A DNA stretch of 64,000 nucleotides, taken from contig OZ296649.1 in the NCBI GenBank assembly GCA_965655095.1, positions 68,572,001 to 68,636,000 on the forward strand. The letters are read 5' to 3'. The DNA is from Haplodiscus bocki (taxonomy: Eukaryota). How positions within the stretch are numbered: position 1 is the stretch's first letter; each line of letters opens with the position of its first letter. The notes beneath the pieces were generated by a model that did not search any database, had not been told where the DNA came from, and saw only the letters and a program-made list of their open reading frames with translations. Made by a program: the position numbers and the translations under genes. Positions 22,615 through 37,600 of the stretch are shown here, piece by piece.

Positions 22615-25600
22615 GCATTGATCTCAATCAAACATGAGAGACCGTTTCTTTGAATCTTGCAGTCTGAATTGCTTATAGTCTGATTAACTGCTTTTCTCAG
22701 CACGAAAACATCCAATCACGCAAAATTTCTGAAACTTGCAATACAGTTCGTCCCTAGTTATGAATACAATTCTAATAAATACAACACGCTGTAACAGGAT
22801 TGAATTAGAAGATCTTGAAGGGTGTAATATAAAAGAGAAATGCTTGGAGTAATTCTAAGAGTTGTTCAAGTTTCAATGAGTTGAAACCATTCGATTAACT
22901 TCTAGAATGAACCAAGATTGCTCCAAAGCTAACTGCATACTGCTTTTTTTCCTCTACTTTGACGATTCGTATGCGGACATTTGCTAGAAGGTGGAATGGT
23001 TGTCTCGGGGTCAACAAAAGACGAATGGGCTTCTACGCGCTTTTGCGAACTCATGAACTCAGTCTTCGTTACTCAGGAAGCATGAAATCATAGACGGTGC
23101 ATTACTTTTGGAGAACAATATAGAATGAATTTCTTTGCTTTATCGGTTGAAGAAAATTTCGGAAAAAGCGCCGTTTCGATCACTTGTGTTTTGACGTGGT
23201 TTGATGAAAGAATGAATCAGATTCCTTTAGGCGAAAGTAGTTTATATGTATCTTCTTCGGTTTTCACTTCTTTACACGGATATCAAATTGTTGTTTTCGA
23301 ACATATGAACTTTGCACGAGCACTCCTCCCCGGTCACAAATGAGGGATTGGTGAAAATCCGCTGGCATTACGTCCGATGTGAAATTAGCCGATCAATGTT
23401 TTTCTTGTGGGCATGGGACTGTCACTCGTTCGATGAGTGAAAGTAGAGCAGCGGCAACAAAAAATAAGAAGCAGAATTTCTCCCCTCCGTTCGCTCAATC
23501 CAAAATTGGGCAATTGAAAGGCTTGGGAATAGACAGCGTATCTTTATATGAAGCCCAGTAGTTTTGGTACAGTAGAATGGATTGATATCCAATCGTTTCG
23601 ATGTTCCAACCACGCATCCTGATGTACCTGGGGCGAAAACGTTTAACTGTCATCGGGACATCCATGTGTTGGATATACTCGGCATCAGTCCGCCTTTATG
23701 AAAGTCGGAATACCATCGAATTGATAAACCTAGTGGATGAAACCCCCACAACGACCGCTTTTTTTCCTTTCCGCCCTGTCACCCATTTAACATTGTGTTT
23801 CATTCGTTTTAGATGATTTTAATCACACTTTGTGCTGAATATATTGTCACATTCACCAGACAGGGAATTTGTACAGGTTCATATCAACAATAACGTAACT
23901 GGAATAAATCTTGGTTCTGAATTGTTCAGTTTTTCAGTTTTCCCGTAATATGCCGGATACGCTCCAAGTTTCTCTTCTTTTCATCTTCGAGCTTTTATGG
24001 AACAGGATTTTTTCTACAGGCTTCTGTTTTCGCGATGCATTGATCTCAATCAAACATGAGAGACCGTTTGTTTGAATCTTGCCGGCTAGCAGTCTGAATT
24101 GCTTATAGTCTGATTAACTGCTTTTCTCAGCACGAAAACATCCAATCACGCAAAATTTCTGAAACTTGCAATACAGTTAGTCCCTAGTTATGAATACAAT
24201 TCTAATAAATACAACACGCTGTAACAGGATTGAATTAGAAGATCTTGAAGGGTGTAATATAAAAGGGAAATGCTTGGAGTAATTCTACGAGTTGTTCAAG
24301 TTTCAATGAAATGAAACCATTCAATTAACTTCTAGAATCAACAAAGATTGCCCCAAAGCTAACTGCATACTGCTTTTTTTCCTGTACTTTGACGATTTGT
24401 ATGCGGACAACTGCTAGAAGGTGGAATGGTTGTCTCGAGGTCAACAAAAGCGAATGGGCTTCTACGCGATTTTGCGGACTCATGAACTCAGTCTTCGTTA
24501 CTCAGGAAGCATGAAATCATAGACGGTGCATTAATTTTGGAGAACAATATAGAATGAATTTCTTTGCTTTATCGGTTGAAGAAAGTTTCGGAAAAAGCGC
24601 CGTTTGGAACCCTTGTGTTTTGATGTGGACCGATTAAAGAATGAATCAGATTCCATTAGGCGAAAGTAGTTTATATGTATCTTCTTCGGTTTTCAATTCT
24701 ATACACAGATAACAAATTGTTGTTTTCGAACATATGAACTTTGCACGAGCACTCCTCCCCTGTCACAAATGAGGGATTGGCGGAAATCCGCTGGCATTAC
24801 GTCCGATGTGAAATTAGCCGATCAATGTTTTTCTTGTGGGCATGGGACTGTCACTCGTGCGATGAGTGAAAGTAGAGCAGCGGCAACACAAAATAAGAAG
24901 CATAATTTCTCCCCTCCGTTCGCTCAATCCAAAATTAGGCAATTCAAATGCTTGAGAGTAGACAGCGTATCTTTATGTGAAGCCCAGTAGTTTTGGTACA
25001 GCAGAATGGATTGATATCCAATCGCTTTATGTTCCCACGCATCCTGATGTACCTGTGGCGAAAACGTTTAACTGTCATCAGGACATCCATGTGTTGGATA
25101 TACTCGGCATCAGTCCGCTGGTATGAAAGTGGAGATACCAACGAATTGATAAACCTAGTGGATGAAACCTCCACAACGACCGCATTTTTTCATTTCCGCC
25201 CTGTCACCCATTCAACATTGTTTCATTCGTTTCAGATGATTTTAATCACACTTTGTGCTGAATATATTGTGACATTGACCAGACAGGAAAACTGTTCAGG
25301 TTCATATCAACAATTACGTAACTGGAATAAATCTTGGTCCTGACTTGTTCAATTTTCCAGTTTTCCCGTAGTATGCCGGAAACGCTCCAAGTTTCTCTTC
25401 TTTTCATCTTCGAGCTTTTTTGGACCGGGACTTTTTCTACAGGCTTCTGTTTTCCCGATGCATTGATCTCAATCAAACATGAGAGACGGTTTCTTTGAAG
25501 CTCATCGGCTAGTAGTTGGAGTTGCCCATAGTCTGATTAACTGCTTTTCTTCTTAGCACGAAGACATCCAATCACGCAACATATCTAAAAACTTGCAATA

Positions 25601-28600
25601 CAGTTCGTCCCTAGTTATGAATACAATTTTAATAAATACAACACGCTGTAACAGGATTGAATTAGGACATCTTGAAGGGTGTAATAAAAAAGAGAATTGG
25701 TTGGAGTAATTCTAAGAGTTGTTCAAGTTTCAATGAGTTGAAACCATTCAATTAACTTTTAGAATCAACTAAGATTGCTCCAAAGCTAACTGCATACTGC
25801 TTTTTTTCCTGTACTTTGACGATTTGTAAGCGGACAACTGCTAGAAGGTGGAATGGTTGTCTCGAGGTCAACAAAAATTGAATGGGCTTCTACGCGCTTT
25901 TGCGAACTCATGAACTCAGTCTTCGGTACTCAGGAAGCATGAAATCATAGACGGTGCATTACTTTTGGAGAACAATATAGAATGAATTTCTTTGCTTTAT
26001 CGGTTGAAGAAAGTTTCGGAAAAAGGGCCGTTTGGATCCCTTGTGTTTTGATGTGGACCGATGAAAGAATGAATCAGATTCCATGAGGCGAAAGTAGTTT
26101 ATATGTATCTTCTTCGGTTTCAATTCTATACACGGATATCAAATTCTTTTTTTCGAGCATATGAACTTTGCACGAGCACTCCTCCCCTGTCACAAATGAG
26201 GGATTGGCGGAAATCCGCTGGCATTACGTCCGATGTGAAATTAGCCGATCAATGTTTTTCTTGTGGGCATGGGACTGTCACTCGTGCGATGAGTGAAAGT
26301 AGAGCAGCGGCAACACAAATTAAGAAGCATAATTTCTCCCCTCCGTTCGCTCAATCCAAAATTAGGCAATTCAAATGCTCGAGAGTAGACAGCGTATCTT
26401 TATATGAAGCCCAGTTGTTTTGGTACAGCAGAATGGATTGATATCCAATCGTTTTGATGTTCCCACGCATCCTGATGTACCTGTGGCGAAAACGTTTAAC
26501 TGTCATCAGGACATCCATGTGTTGGATATACTCGGCATCAGTCCGCTGGTATGAAAGTGGAGATACCAACGAATTGATAAACCTAGTGGATGAAACCTCC
26601 ACAACGACCGCATTTTTTCATTTCCGCCCTGTCACCCATTCAACATTGTTTCATTCGTTTCAGATGATTTTAATCACACTTTGTGCTGAATATATTGTGA
26701 CATTGACCAGACAGGAAAACTGTTCAGGTTCATATCAACAATAACGTAACTGGAATAAATCTTGGTCCTGACTTGTTCAATTTTCCAGTTTTCCCGTAGT
26801 ATGCCGGAAACGCTCCAAGTTTCTCTTCTTTTCATCTTCGAGCTTTTTTGGACCGGGACTTTTTCTACAGGCTTCTGTTTTCCCGATGCATTGATCTCAA
26901 TCAAACATGAGAGACGGTTTCTTTGAAGCTCATCGGCTAGTAGTTTGAGTTGCCCATAGTCTGATTAACTGCTTTTCTTCTTAGCACGAAGACATCCAAT
27001 CACGCAACATATCTAAAAACTTGCAATACAGTTCGTCCCTAGTTATGAATACAATTTTAATAAATACAACACGCTGTAACAGGATTGAATTAGGACATCT
27101 TGAAGGGTGTAATAAAAAAGAGAATTGCTTGGAGTAATTCTAAGAGTTGTTCAAGTTTCAATGAGTTGAAACCATTCAATTAACTTTTAGAATCAACTAA
27201 GATTGCTCCAAAGCTAACTGCATACTGCTTTTTTTCCTGTACTTTGACGATTTGTAAGCGGACAACTGCTAGAAGGTGGAGTGGTTGTCTCGAGGTCAAC
27301 AAAAATTGAATGGGCTTCTACGCGCTTTTGCGAACTCATGAACTCAGTCTTCGGTACTCAGGAAGCATGAAATCATAGACGGTGCATTACTTTTGGAGAA
27401 CAATATAGAATGAATTTCTTTGCTTTATCGGTTGAAGAAAGTTTCGGAAAAAGGGCCGTTTGGATCCCTTGCGTTTTGATGTGGACCGATGAGAGAATGA
27501 ATCAGATTCCATGAGGCGAAAGTAGTTTATATGTATCTTATTCGGTTTCAATTCTATACACGGATATCAAATTCTTTTTTTTCGAGCATATGAACTTTGC
27601 ACGAGCACTCCTCCCCTGTCACAAATGAGGGATTGGCGGAAATCCGCTGGCATTACGTCCGATGTGAAATTAGCCGATCAATGTTTTTCTTGTGGGCATG
27701 GGACTGTCACTCGTGCGATGAGTGAAAGTAGAGCAGCGGCAACACAAAATAAGAAGCATAATTTCTCCCCTCCGTTCGCTCAATCCAAAATTAGGCAATT
27801 CAAATGCTTGAGAGTAGACAGCGTATCTTTATGTGAAGCCCAGTAGTTTTGGTACAGCAGAATGGATTGATATCCAATCGTTTTGATGTTCCCACGCATC
27901 CTGATGTACCTGTGGCGAAAACGTTTAACTGTCATCAGGACATCCATGTGTTGGATATACTCGGCATCAGTCCGCTGGTATGAAAGTGGAGATACCAACG
28001 ATTTGATAAACCTAGTGGATGAAACCTCCACAACGACCGCATTTTTTCATTTCCGCCCTGTCACCCATTCAACATTGTGTTTCATTCGTTTCAGATGATT
28101 TTAATCACACTTTGTGCTGAATATATTGTCACATTGACCAGACAGGAAAACTGTTCAGGTTCATATCAACAATAACGTAACTGGAATAAATCTTGGTCCT
28201 GACTTGTTCAATTTTCCAGTTTTCCCGTAGTATGCCGGAAACGCTCCAAGTTTCTCTTCTTTTCATATTCGAGCTTTTTTGGACCGGGACTTTTTCTACA
28301 GGCTTCTGTTTTCCCGATGCATTGATCTCAATCAAACATGAGAGACGGTTTCTTTGAAGCTCATCGGCTAGTAGTTTGAGTTGCCCATAGTCTGATTAAC
28401 TGCTTTTCTTCTTAGCACGAAGACATCCAATCACGCAACATATCTAAAAACTTGCAATACAGTTCGTCCCTAGTTATGAATACAATTTTAATAAATACAA
28501 CACGCTGTAACAGGATTGAATTAGGACATCTTGAAGGGTGTAATAAAAAAGAGAATTGCTTGGAGTAATTCTAAGAGTTGTTCAAGTTTCAATGAGTTGA

Positions 28601-31600
28601 AACCATTCAATTAACTTTTAGAATCAACTAAGATTGCTCCAAAGCTAACTGCATACTGCTTTTTTTCCTGTACTTTGACGATTTGTAAGCGGACAACTGC
28701 TAGAAGGTGGAGTGGTTGTCTCGAGGTCAACAAAAATTGAATGGGCTTCTACGCGCTTTTGCGAACTCATGAACTCAGTCTTCGGTACTCAGGAAGCATG
28801 AAATCATAGACGGTGCATTACTTTTGGAGAACAATATAGAATGAATTTCTTTGCTTTATCGGTTGAAGAAAGTTTCGGAAAAAGGGCCGTTTGGATCCCT
28901 TGCGTTTTGATGTGGACCGATGAAAGAATGAATCAGATTCCATGAGGCGAAAGTAGTTTATATGTATCTTATTCGGTTTCAATTCTATACACGGATATCA
29001 AATTCTTTTTTTTCGAGCATATGAACTTTGCACGAGCACTCCTCCCCTGTCACAAATGAGGGATTGGCGGAAATCCGCTGGCATTACGTCCGATGTGAAA
29101 TTAGCCGATCAATGTTTTTCTTGTGGGCATGGGACTGTCACTCGTGCGATGAGTGAAAGTAGAGCAGCGGCAACACAAAATAAGAAGCATAATTTCTCCC
29201 CTCCGTTCGCTCAATCCAAAATTAGGCAATTCAAATGCTTGAGAGTAGACAGCGTATCTTTATGTGAAGCCCAGTAGTTTTGGTACAGCAGAATGGATTG
29301 ATATCCAATCGTTTTGATGTTCCCACGCATCCTGATGTACCTGTGGCGAAAACGTTTAACTGTCATCAGGACATCCATGTGTTGGATATACTCGGCATCA
29401 GTCCGCTGGTATGAAAGTGGAGATACCAACGATTTGATAAACCTAGTGGATGAAACCTCCACAACGACCGCATTTTTTCATTTCCGCCCTGTCACCCATT
29501 CAACATTGTGTTTCATTCGTTTCAGATGATTTTAATCACACTTTGTGCTGAATATATTGTCACATTGACCAGACAGGAAAACTGTTCAGGTTCATATCAA
29601 CAATAACGTAACTGGAATAAATCTTGGTCCTGACTTGTTCAATTTTCCAGTTTTCCCGTAGTATGCCGGAAACGCTCCAAGTTTCTCTTCTTTTCATATT
29701 CGAGCTTTTTTGGACCGGGACTTTTTCTACAGGCTTCTGTTTTCCCGATGCATTGATCTCAATCAAACATGAGAGACGGTTTCTTTGAAGCTCATCGGCT
29801 AGTAGTTTGAGTTGCCCATAGTCTGATTAACTGCTTTTCTTCTTAGCACGAAGACATCCAATCACGCAACATATCTAAAAACTTGCAATACAGTTCGTCC
29901 CTAGTTATGAATACAATTTTAATAAATACAACACGCTGTAACAGGATTGAATTAGGACATCTTGAAGGGTGTAATAAAAAAGAGAATTGCTTGGAGTAAT
30001 TCTAAGAGTTGTTCAAGTTTCAATGAGTTGAAACCATTCAATTAACTTTTAGAATCAACTAAGATTGCTCCAAAGCTAACTGCATACTGCTTTTTTTCCT
30101 GTACTTTGACGATTTGTAAGCGGACAACTGCTAGAAGGTGGAATGGTTGTCTCGAGGTCAACAAAAATTGAATGGGCTTCTACGCGCTTTTGCGAACTCA
30201 TGAACTCAGTCTTCGGTACTCAGGAAGCATGAAATCATAGACGGTGCATTACTTTTGGAGAACAATATAGAATGAATTTCTTTGCTTTATCGGTTGAAGA
30301 AAGTTTCGGAAAAAGGGCCGTTTGGATCCCTTGTGTTTTGATGTGGACCGATGAAAGAATGAATCAGATTCCATGAGGCGAAAGTAGTTTATATGTATCT
30401 TCTTCGGTTTCAATTCTATACACGGATATCAAATTCTTGTTTTCGAGCATATGAACTTTGCACGAGCACTCCTCCCCTGTCACAAATGAGGGATTGGCGG
30501 AAATCCGCTGGCATTACGTCCGATGTGAAATTAGCCGATCAATGTTTTTCTTGTGGGCATGGGACTGTCACTCGTGCGATGAGTGAAAGTAGAGCAGCGG
30601 CAACACAAATTAAGAAGCATAATTTCTCCCCTCCGTTCGCTCAATCCAAAATTAGGCAATTCAAATGCTCGAGAGTAGACAGCGTATCTTTATATGAAGC
30701 CCAGTTGTTTTGGTACAGCAGAATGGATTGATATCCAATCGTTTTGATGTTCCCACGCATCCTGATGTACCTGTGGCGAAAACGTTTAACTGTCATCAGG
30801 ACATCCATGTGTTGGATATATTCGGCATCAGTCCGCTGGTATGAAAGTGGAGATACCAACGAATTGATAAACCTAGTGGATGAAACCTCCACAACGACCG
30901 CATTTTTTCATTTCCGCCCTGTCAGCCATTCAACATTGTGTTTCATTCGTTTCAGATGATTTTAATCACACTTTGTGCTGAATATATTGTGACATTGACC
31001 AGACAGGAAAACTGTTCAGGTTCATATCAACAATAACGTAACTGGAATAAATCTTGGTCCTGACTTGTTCAATATTTCAGTTTTCCCATAGTATGCCGGA
31101 AACGCTCCAAGTTTCTCTTCTTTTCATCTTCGAGCTTTTTTGGACCGGGACTTTTTCTACAGGCTTCTGTTTTCCCGATGCATTGATCTCAATCAAACAT
31201 GATAGACGGTTTCTTTGAAGCTCATCGGCTAGTAGTTTGGGCTGCCCATAGTCTGATTAACTGCTTTTCTTCTTAGCACGAAGACATCCAATCACGCAAC
31301 ATATCTAAAAACTTGCAATACAGTTCGTCCCTAGTTATGAATACAATTTTAATAAATACAACACGCTGTAACAGGATTGAATTAGAAGATCTTGAAGGGT
31401 GTAATATAAAAGGGAATTGCTTGGAGTTATTCTACGAGTTGTTCAAGTTTCAATGAAATGAAACCATTCAATTAACTTCTAGAATCAACAAAGATTGCTC
31501 CAAAGCTAACTGCATACTGCATTTTTTCCTCTACTATGACGATTCGTATGCGGACATTTGCTAGAAGGTGGAATGGTTGTCTCGAGGTCAACAAAAGCGA

Positions 31601-34600
31601 ATGGGCTACTATGCGCTTTTGCGAACTCATGAACTCAGTCTTCGTTACTCACGAAGCATGAAATCATAGACGGTGCATTACTTTTGGAGAACAATATAGA
31701 ATGAATTTCTTTGCTTTATCGGTTGAAGAAAGTTTCGTAAAAAGCGCCGTTTGGATCCCTTGTGTTTTGATGTGGACCGATTAAAGAATGAATCAGATTC
31801 CATTAGGCGAAAGTAGTTTATATGTATCTTCTTCGGTTTTCAATTCTATACACAGATATCAAATTGTTGTTTTCGAACATATGAACTTTGCACGAGCACT
31901 CCTCCCCTGTCACAAATGAGGGATTGGCGGAAATCCGCTGGCATTACGTCCGATGTGAAATTAGCCGATCAATGTTTTTCTTGTGGGCATGGGACTGTCA
32001 CTCGTGCGATGAGTGAAAGTAGAGCAGCGGCAACACAAAATAAGAAGCATAATTTCTCCCCTCCGTTCGCTCAATCCAAAATTAGGCAATTCAAATGCTT
32101 GAGAGTAGACAGCGTATTTTTATATGAAGCCCAGTAGTTTTGGTACAGCAGAATGGATTGATATCCAATCGTTTTGATGTTCCCACGCATCCTGATGTAC
32201 CTGTGGCGAAAAAGTTTAACTGTCATCAGGACATCCATGTGTTGGATATACTCGGCATCAGTCCGCTGGTATGAAAGTGGAGACACCAACGAATTGATAA
32301 ACCTAGTGGATGAAACCTCCACAACGACCGCATTTTTTCATTTCCGCCCTGTCACCCATTCAACATTGTGTTTCATTCGTTTCAGATGATTTTAATCACA
32401 CTTTGTGCTGAATATATTGTGACATTGACCAGACAGGAAAACTGTTCAGGTTCATATCAACAATAACGTAACTGGAATAAATCTTGGTCCTGACTTGTTC
32501 AATATTTCAGTTTTCCCATAGTATGCCGGAAACGCTCCAAGTTTCTCTTCTTTTCATCTTCGAGCTTTTTTGGACCGGGACTTTTTCTACAGGCTTCTGT
32601 TTTCCCGATGCATTGATCTCAATCAAACATGAGAGACGGTTTCTTTGAAGCTCATCGGCTAGTAGTTTGAGTTGCCAATAGTCTGATTAACTGCTTTTCT
32701 TCTTAGCACGAAGACATCCAATCACGCAACATATCTAAAAACTTGCAATACAGTTCGTCCCTAGTTATGAATAAAATTTTAATAAATACAACACGCTGTA
32801 ACAGGATTGAATTAGGACATCTTGAAGGGTGTAATAAAAAGAATTGCTTGGAGTAATTTTAAGAGTTGTTCAAGTTTCAATGAGTTGAAACCATTCAATT
32901 AACTTTTAGAATCAACTAAGATTGCTCCAAAGCTAACTGCATACTGCTTTTTTTCCTGTACTTTGACGATTTGTATGCGGACAACTGCTAGAAGGTGGAA
33001 TGGTTGTCTCGAGGTCAACAAAAAACGAATGGGCTTCTACGCGCTTTTGCGAACTCATGAACTCAGTCTTCGTTACTCAGGAAGCATGAAATCATAGACG
33101 GTGCATTACTTTTGGAGAACAATATAGAATGAATTTCTTTGCTTTATCGGTTGAAGAAAGTTTCGGAAAAAGCGCCGTTTGGAACCCTTGTGTTTTGATG
33201 TGGACCGATTAAAGAATGAATCAGATTCCATGAGGCGAAAGTAGTTTATATGTATCTTGTTCGGTTTCAATTCTATACACGGATATCAAATTGTTGTTTT
33301 CGAACATATGAACTTTGCACGAGCACTCCTCCCCCGCCACAAATGCGGGATTGGCGGAAATCTGCTGGCATTACGTCCGATGTGAAATTAGCCGATCAAT
33401 GTTTTTCTTGTGGGCATGGGACTGTCACTCGTTCGATGAGTGAAAGTAGAGCAGCGGCAACAAAAAATAAGAAGCAGAATTTCTCCCCTGCGTTCGCTCA
33501 ATCCAAAATTGGGCAATTCAAAGGCTTGAGAATAGACAGCTTATCTTTATATGAAGCCCAGTAGTTTTGGTACAGTAGAATAGATTGATATCCAATCGTT
33601 TCGATGTTCCAACCACGCATCCAGATGTACCTGGGGCGAAAACGTTCAACTGTCATCAGGACATCCATGTGTTGGATATACTCGGCATCAGTCCGCTGGT
33701 ATGAAAGTGGAGATACCAATGAATTGATAAACCTAGTGGATGAAACCTCCACAACGACAGCATTTTTTTTCATTTCCGCCCTGTCACCCATTTAACATTG
33801 TGTTTCATTCGTTTAAGATGATTTTAATCACACTTTGTGCTGAAAATATTGTCACGTTCACCAGACCGGGAAATTGTATAGGTTCATTTAAACAATAACG
33901 TAACTGGAATAATTCTTGATCCAGAATTGTTCAATTTTTCAGTTTTCCCGTAGTATGCCGGAAACGCTCCAAGTTTCTCTTCTTTTCATCTTCGAGTTTT
34001 CATGGACCAGGATTTTTTCTACAGGCTTCTGTTTTCCCGATGCATTGATCTCAATCAAACATGAGAGACGGTTTCTTTGAAGCTTACCGGCTAGTAGTCT
34101 GAGTTGCTTATAGTCTGATTAACTGCTTTTCTTCTTAGCACGAAAACATCCAATCACGCAACATATCTAAAAACTTGCAATACAGTTCGTCCCTAGTTAT
34201 GAATACAATTCTATTAAATACAACACGCTGTAACAGGATTGAATTAGAACATCTTAAAGAGTGTAATATAAAAGAGAAATGCTTGGAGTAATTCTGAGTT
34301 GTTCAAGTTTCAATCAGTTGAATCCATTCGATTAACTTCTAGAATCAACCAAGATTGCTCCAAAGCTAACTGCATACTGCTTCTTTTCCTGTACTTTGAC
34401 GATTCTTATGCGGACATTTGCTAGAAGGTAGAATGATTCTCTCGAGGTCAACAAAAAACGAATGGACTTCTACGCGCTTTTGCGATCTCATGAACTCAGT
34501 CTTCGTTACTCAGGAAGCATGAAATCATAAGACGGTGCAGTATTTTTGGAGAATAATATAGATTGAATTTCTTTGCTTTATCGGTTGAAGAAAGTTTCGG

Positions 34601-37600
34601 AAAAAGGGCCGTTTGGATCCCTTGTGTTTTGATATGGACCGATGAAAGAATGAATCAGATTCCATGAGGCGAAAGTAGTTTATATGTATCTTCTTCGGTT
34701 TCAATTCTATACACGGATATCAAATTGTTGTTTTCGAACATATGAACTTTGCACGAGCACTCCTCCTCTGTCACAAATGAGGGATTGGCGGAAATCCGCT
34801 GGCATTACCTCCGATGTGAAATTAGCCGATCAATGTTTTTCTTGTGGGCATGGGACTGTCACTCGTGCGATGAGTGAAAGTAGAGCAGCGGCAACACAAA
34901 ATAAGAGGCATAATTTCTCCCCTCCGTTCGCTCAATCCAAAATTGGGCAGTTCAAAGGCTTGAGAATAGACAGCGTATCTTTATATGAAGCCCAGTAGTT
35001 TTGGTACAGTAGAATGGATTGATATCCAATCGTTTCGATGTTCCAACCACGCATCCTGATGTACCTGTGGCGAAAACGTTTAACTGTCATCAGCACATCC
35101 ATGTGTTGGATATACTCGGCATCAGTCCGCTGGTATGAAAGTGGAGATACCAATGAATTGATAAACCTAGTGGATGAAACCTCCACAACGACCGCATTTT
35201 TTTTCATTTCAGCCCTGTCACCCATTTAACATTGTGTTTCATTCGTTTTAGATGATTTTAATCACACTTTGTGCTGAAAATATTGTCACATTCACCAGAC
35301 CGGGAAATTGTACAGGTTCATTGCAACAATAACGTGACTGGAATAAATCTTGATCCAGAATTGTTCAATTTTTCAGTTTTCCCGTAGTATGCCGGAAACG
35401 CTCCAAGTTTCTCTTCTTTTCATCTTCGAGCTTTCATGGACCAGGATTTTTTCTACAGGCTTCTGTTTTCCCGAGTCATTGATCTCAATCAAACATGAGA
35501 GACGGTTTCTTTGAAGCTTACCGGCTAGTAGTCTGAGTTGCTTATAGTCTGATTAACTGCTTTTCTTCTCAGCACGAAAACATCCAATCACCGCAACCAA
35601 CATATCTAAAAACTTGCAATACAGTTCGTCCCTAGTTATGAATACAATTCTATTAAATACAACACGCTGTAACAGGATTGAATTAGAACATCTTAAAGGG
35701 TGTAATATAAAAGAGAAATGCTTGGAGTAATTCTAAGAGTTGTTCAAGTTTCAATGAGTTGAAGCCATTCGATTAACTTCTAGAATCAACCAAGATTGCT
35801 CCAAAGCTCACTGCATACTGCTTCTTTTCCTGTACTTTGACGATTCGTATGCGGACCTTTGCTAGAAGGTAGAATGATTCTCTCGAGCTCAACAAAAAAC
35901 GAATGGACTTCTACGCTCTTTTGCGAACTCATGAACTCAGTCTTCGTTACTCAGGAAGCATGAAATCATAGACGGTGCAGTATTTTTAGAGAACAATATA
36001 GAATGAATTTCTTTGCTTTATCGGTTGAAGAAAGTTTCGGAAAAAGGGCCGTTTGGATCCCTTGTGTTTTGATATGGACCGATGAAAGAATGAATCAGAT
36101 TCCATGAGGCGAAAGTAGTTTATATGTATCTTCTTCGGTTTCAATTCTATACACGGATATCAAATTGTTGTTTTCGAACATATGAACTTTGCACGAGCAC
36201 TCCTCCCCTGTCACAAATGAGGGATTGGCGGAAATCCGCTGGCATTACGTCCGATGTGAAATTAGCCGATCAATGTTTTTCTTGTGGGCATGGGACTGTC
36301 ACTCGTGCGATGAGTGAAAGTAGAGCAGCGGCAACACAAAATAAGAAGCATAATTTCTCCCCTCCGTTCGCTCAATCCAAAATTGGGCAATTCAAAGGCT
36401 TGAGAATAGACAGCGTATCTTTATATGAAGCCCAGTAGTTTTGGTACAGTAGAATGGATTGATATCCAATCGTTTCGATGTTTCAACCACGCATCCTGAT
36501 GTACCTGTGGCGAAAACGTTTAACTGTCATCAGCACATCCATGTGTTGGATATACTCGGCATCAGTCCGCTGGTATGAAAGTGGAGATACCAATGAATTG
36601 ATAAACCTAGTGGATGGAACCTCCACAACGACCGCATTTTTTCATTTCCGCCCTGTCACCCATTTAACATTGTGTTTCATTCGTTTTAGATGATTTTAAT
36701 CACACTTTGTGCTGAAAATATTGTCACATTCACCAGACCGGGAAATTGTACAGGTTCATTTCAACAATAACGTAACTGGAATAAATCTTGATCCAGATTT
36801 GTTCAATTTTTCAGTTTTCCCGTAGTATGCCGGACACGCTCCAAGTTTCTCTTCTTTTCATCTTCGAGCTTTCATGGACCAGGATTTTTTCTACAGGCTT
36901 CTGTTTTCCCGATGCATTGATCTCAATCAAACATGAGAGACGGTTTCTTTGAAGCTTACCGGCTAGTACTCTGAGTTGCTTATAGTCTGATTAACTGCTT
37001 TTCTTCTTAGCACGAAAACATCAAATCACCGCAACCAACATATCTAAAAACTTGCAATACAGTTCGTCGCTAGTTATGAATACAATTCTATTAAATACAA
37101 CACGCTGTAACAGGATTGAATTAGAACATCTTAAACGGTGTAATATGAAAGAGAAATGCTTGGAGTAATTCTAAGAGTTGTTCAAGTTTCAATCAGTTGA
37201 AACCATTCGATTAACTTCTAGAATCAACCAAGATTGCTCCAAAGCTAACTGCATACTGCTTCTTTTCCTGTACTTTGACGATTCGTATGCGGACATTTGC
37301 TAGAAGGTAGAATGATTGTCTCGAGGTCAACAAAAAACGAATGGACGTCTACGCGCTTTTGCGAACTCATGAACTCAGTCTTCGTTACTCAGGAACTATG
37401 AAATCATAGACGGTGCAGTATTTTTGGAGAACAATATAGAATGATTTTCTTTGCTTGATCGGTTGAAGAAAGTTTCGGAAAAAGGGCCGTTTGGATCCCT
37501 TGTGTTTTGATGTGGACCGATGAAAGAATGACTCAGATTCTATGAGGCGAAAGTAGTTTATATGTATCTTCTTCGGTTTCAATTCTATGCACGGATATCA

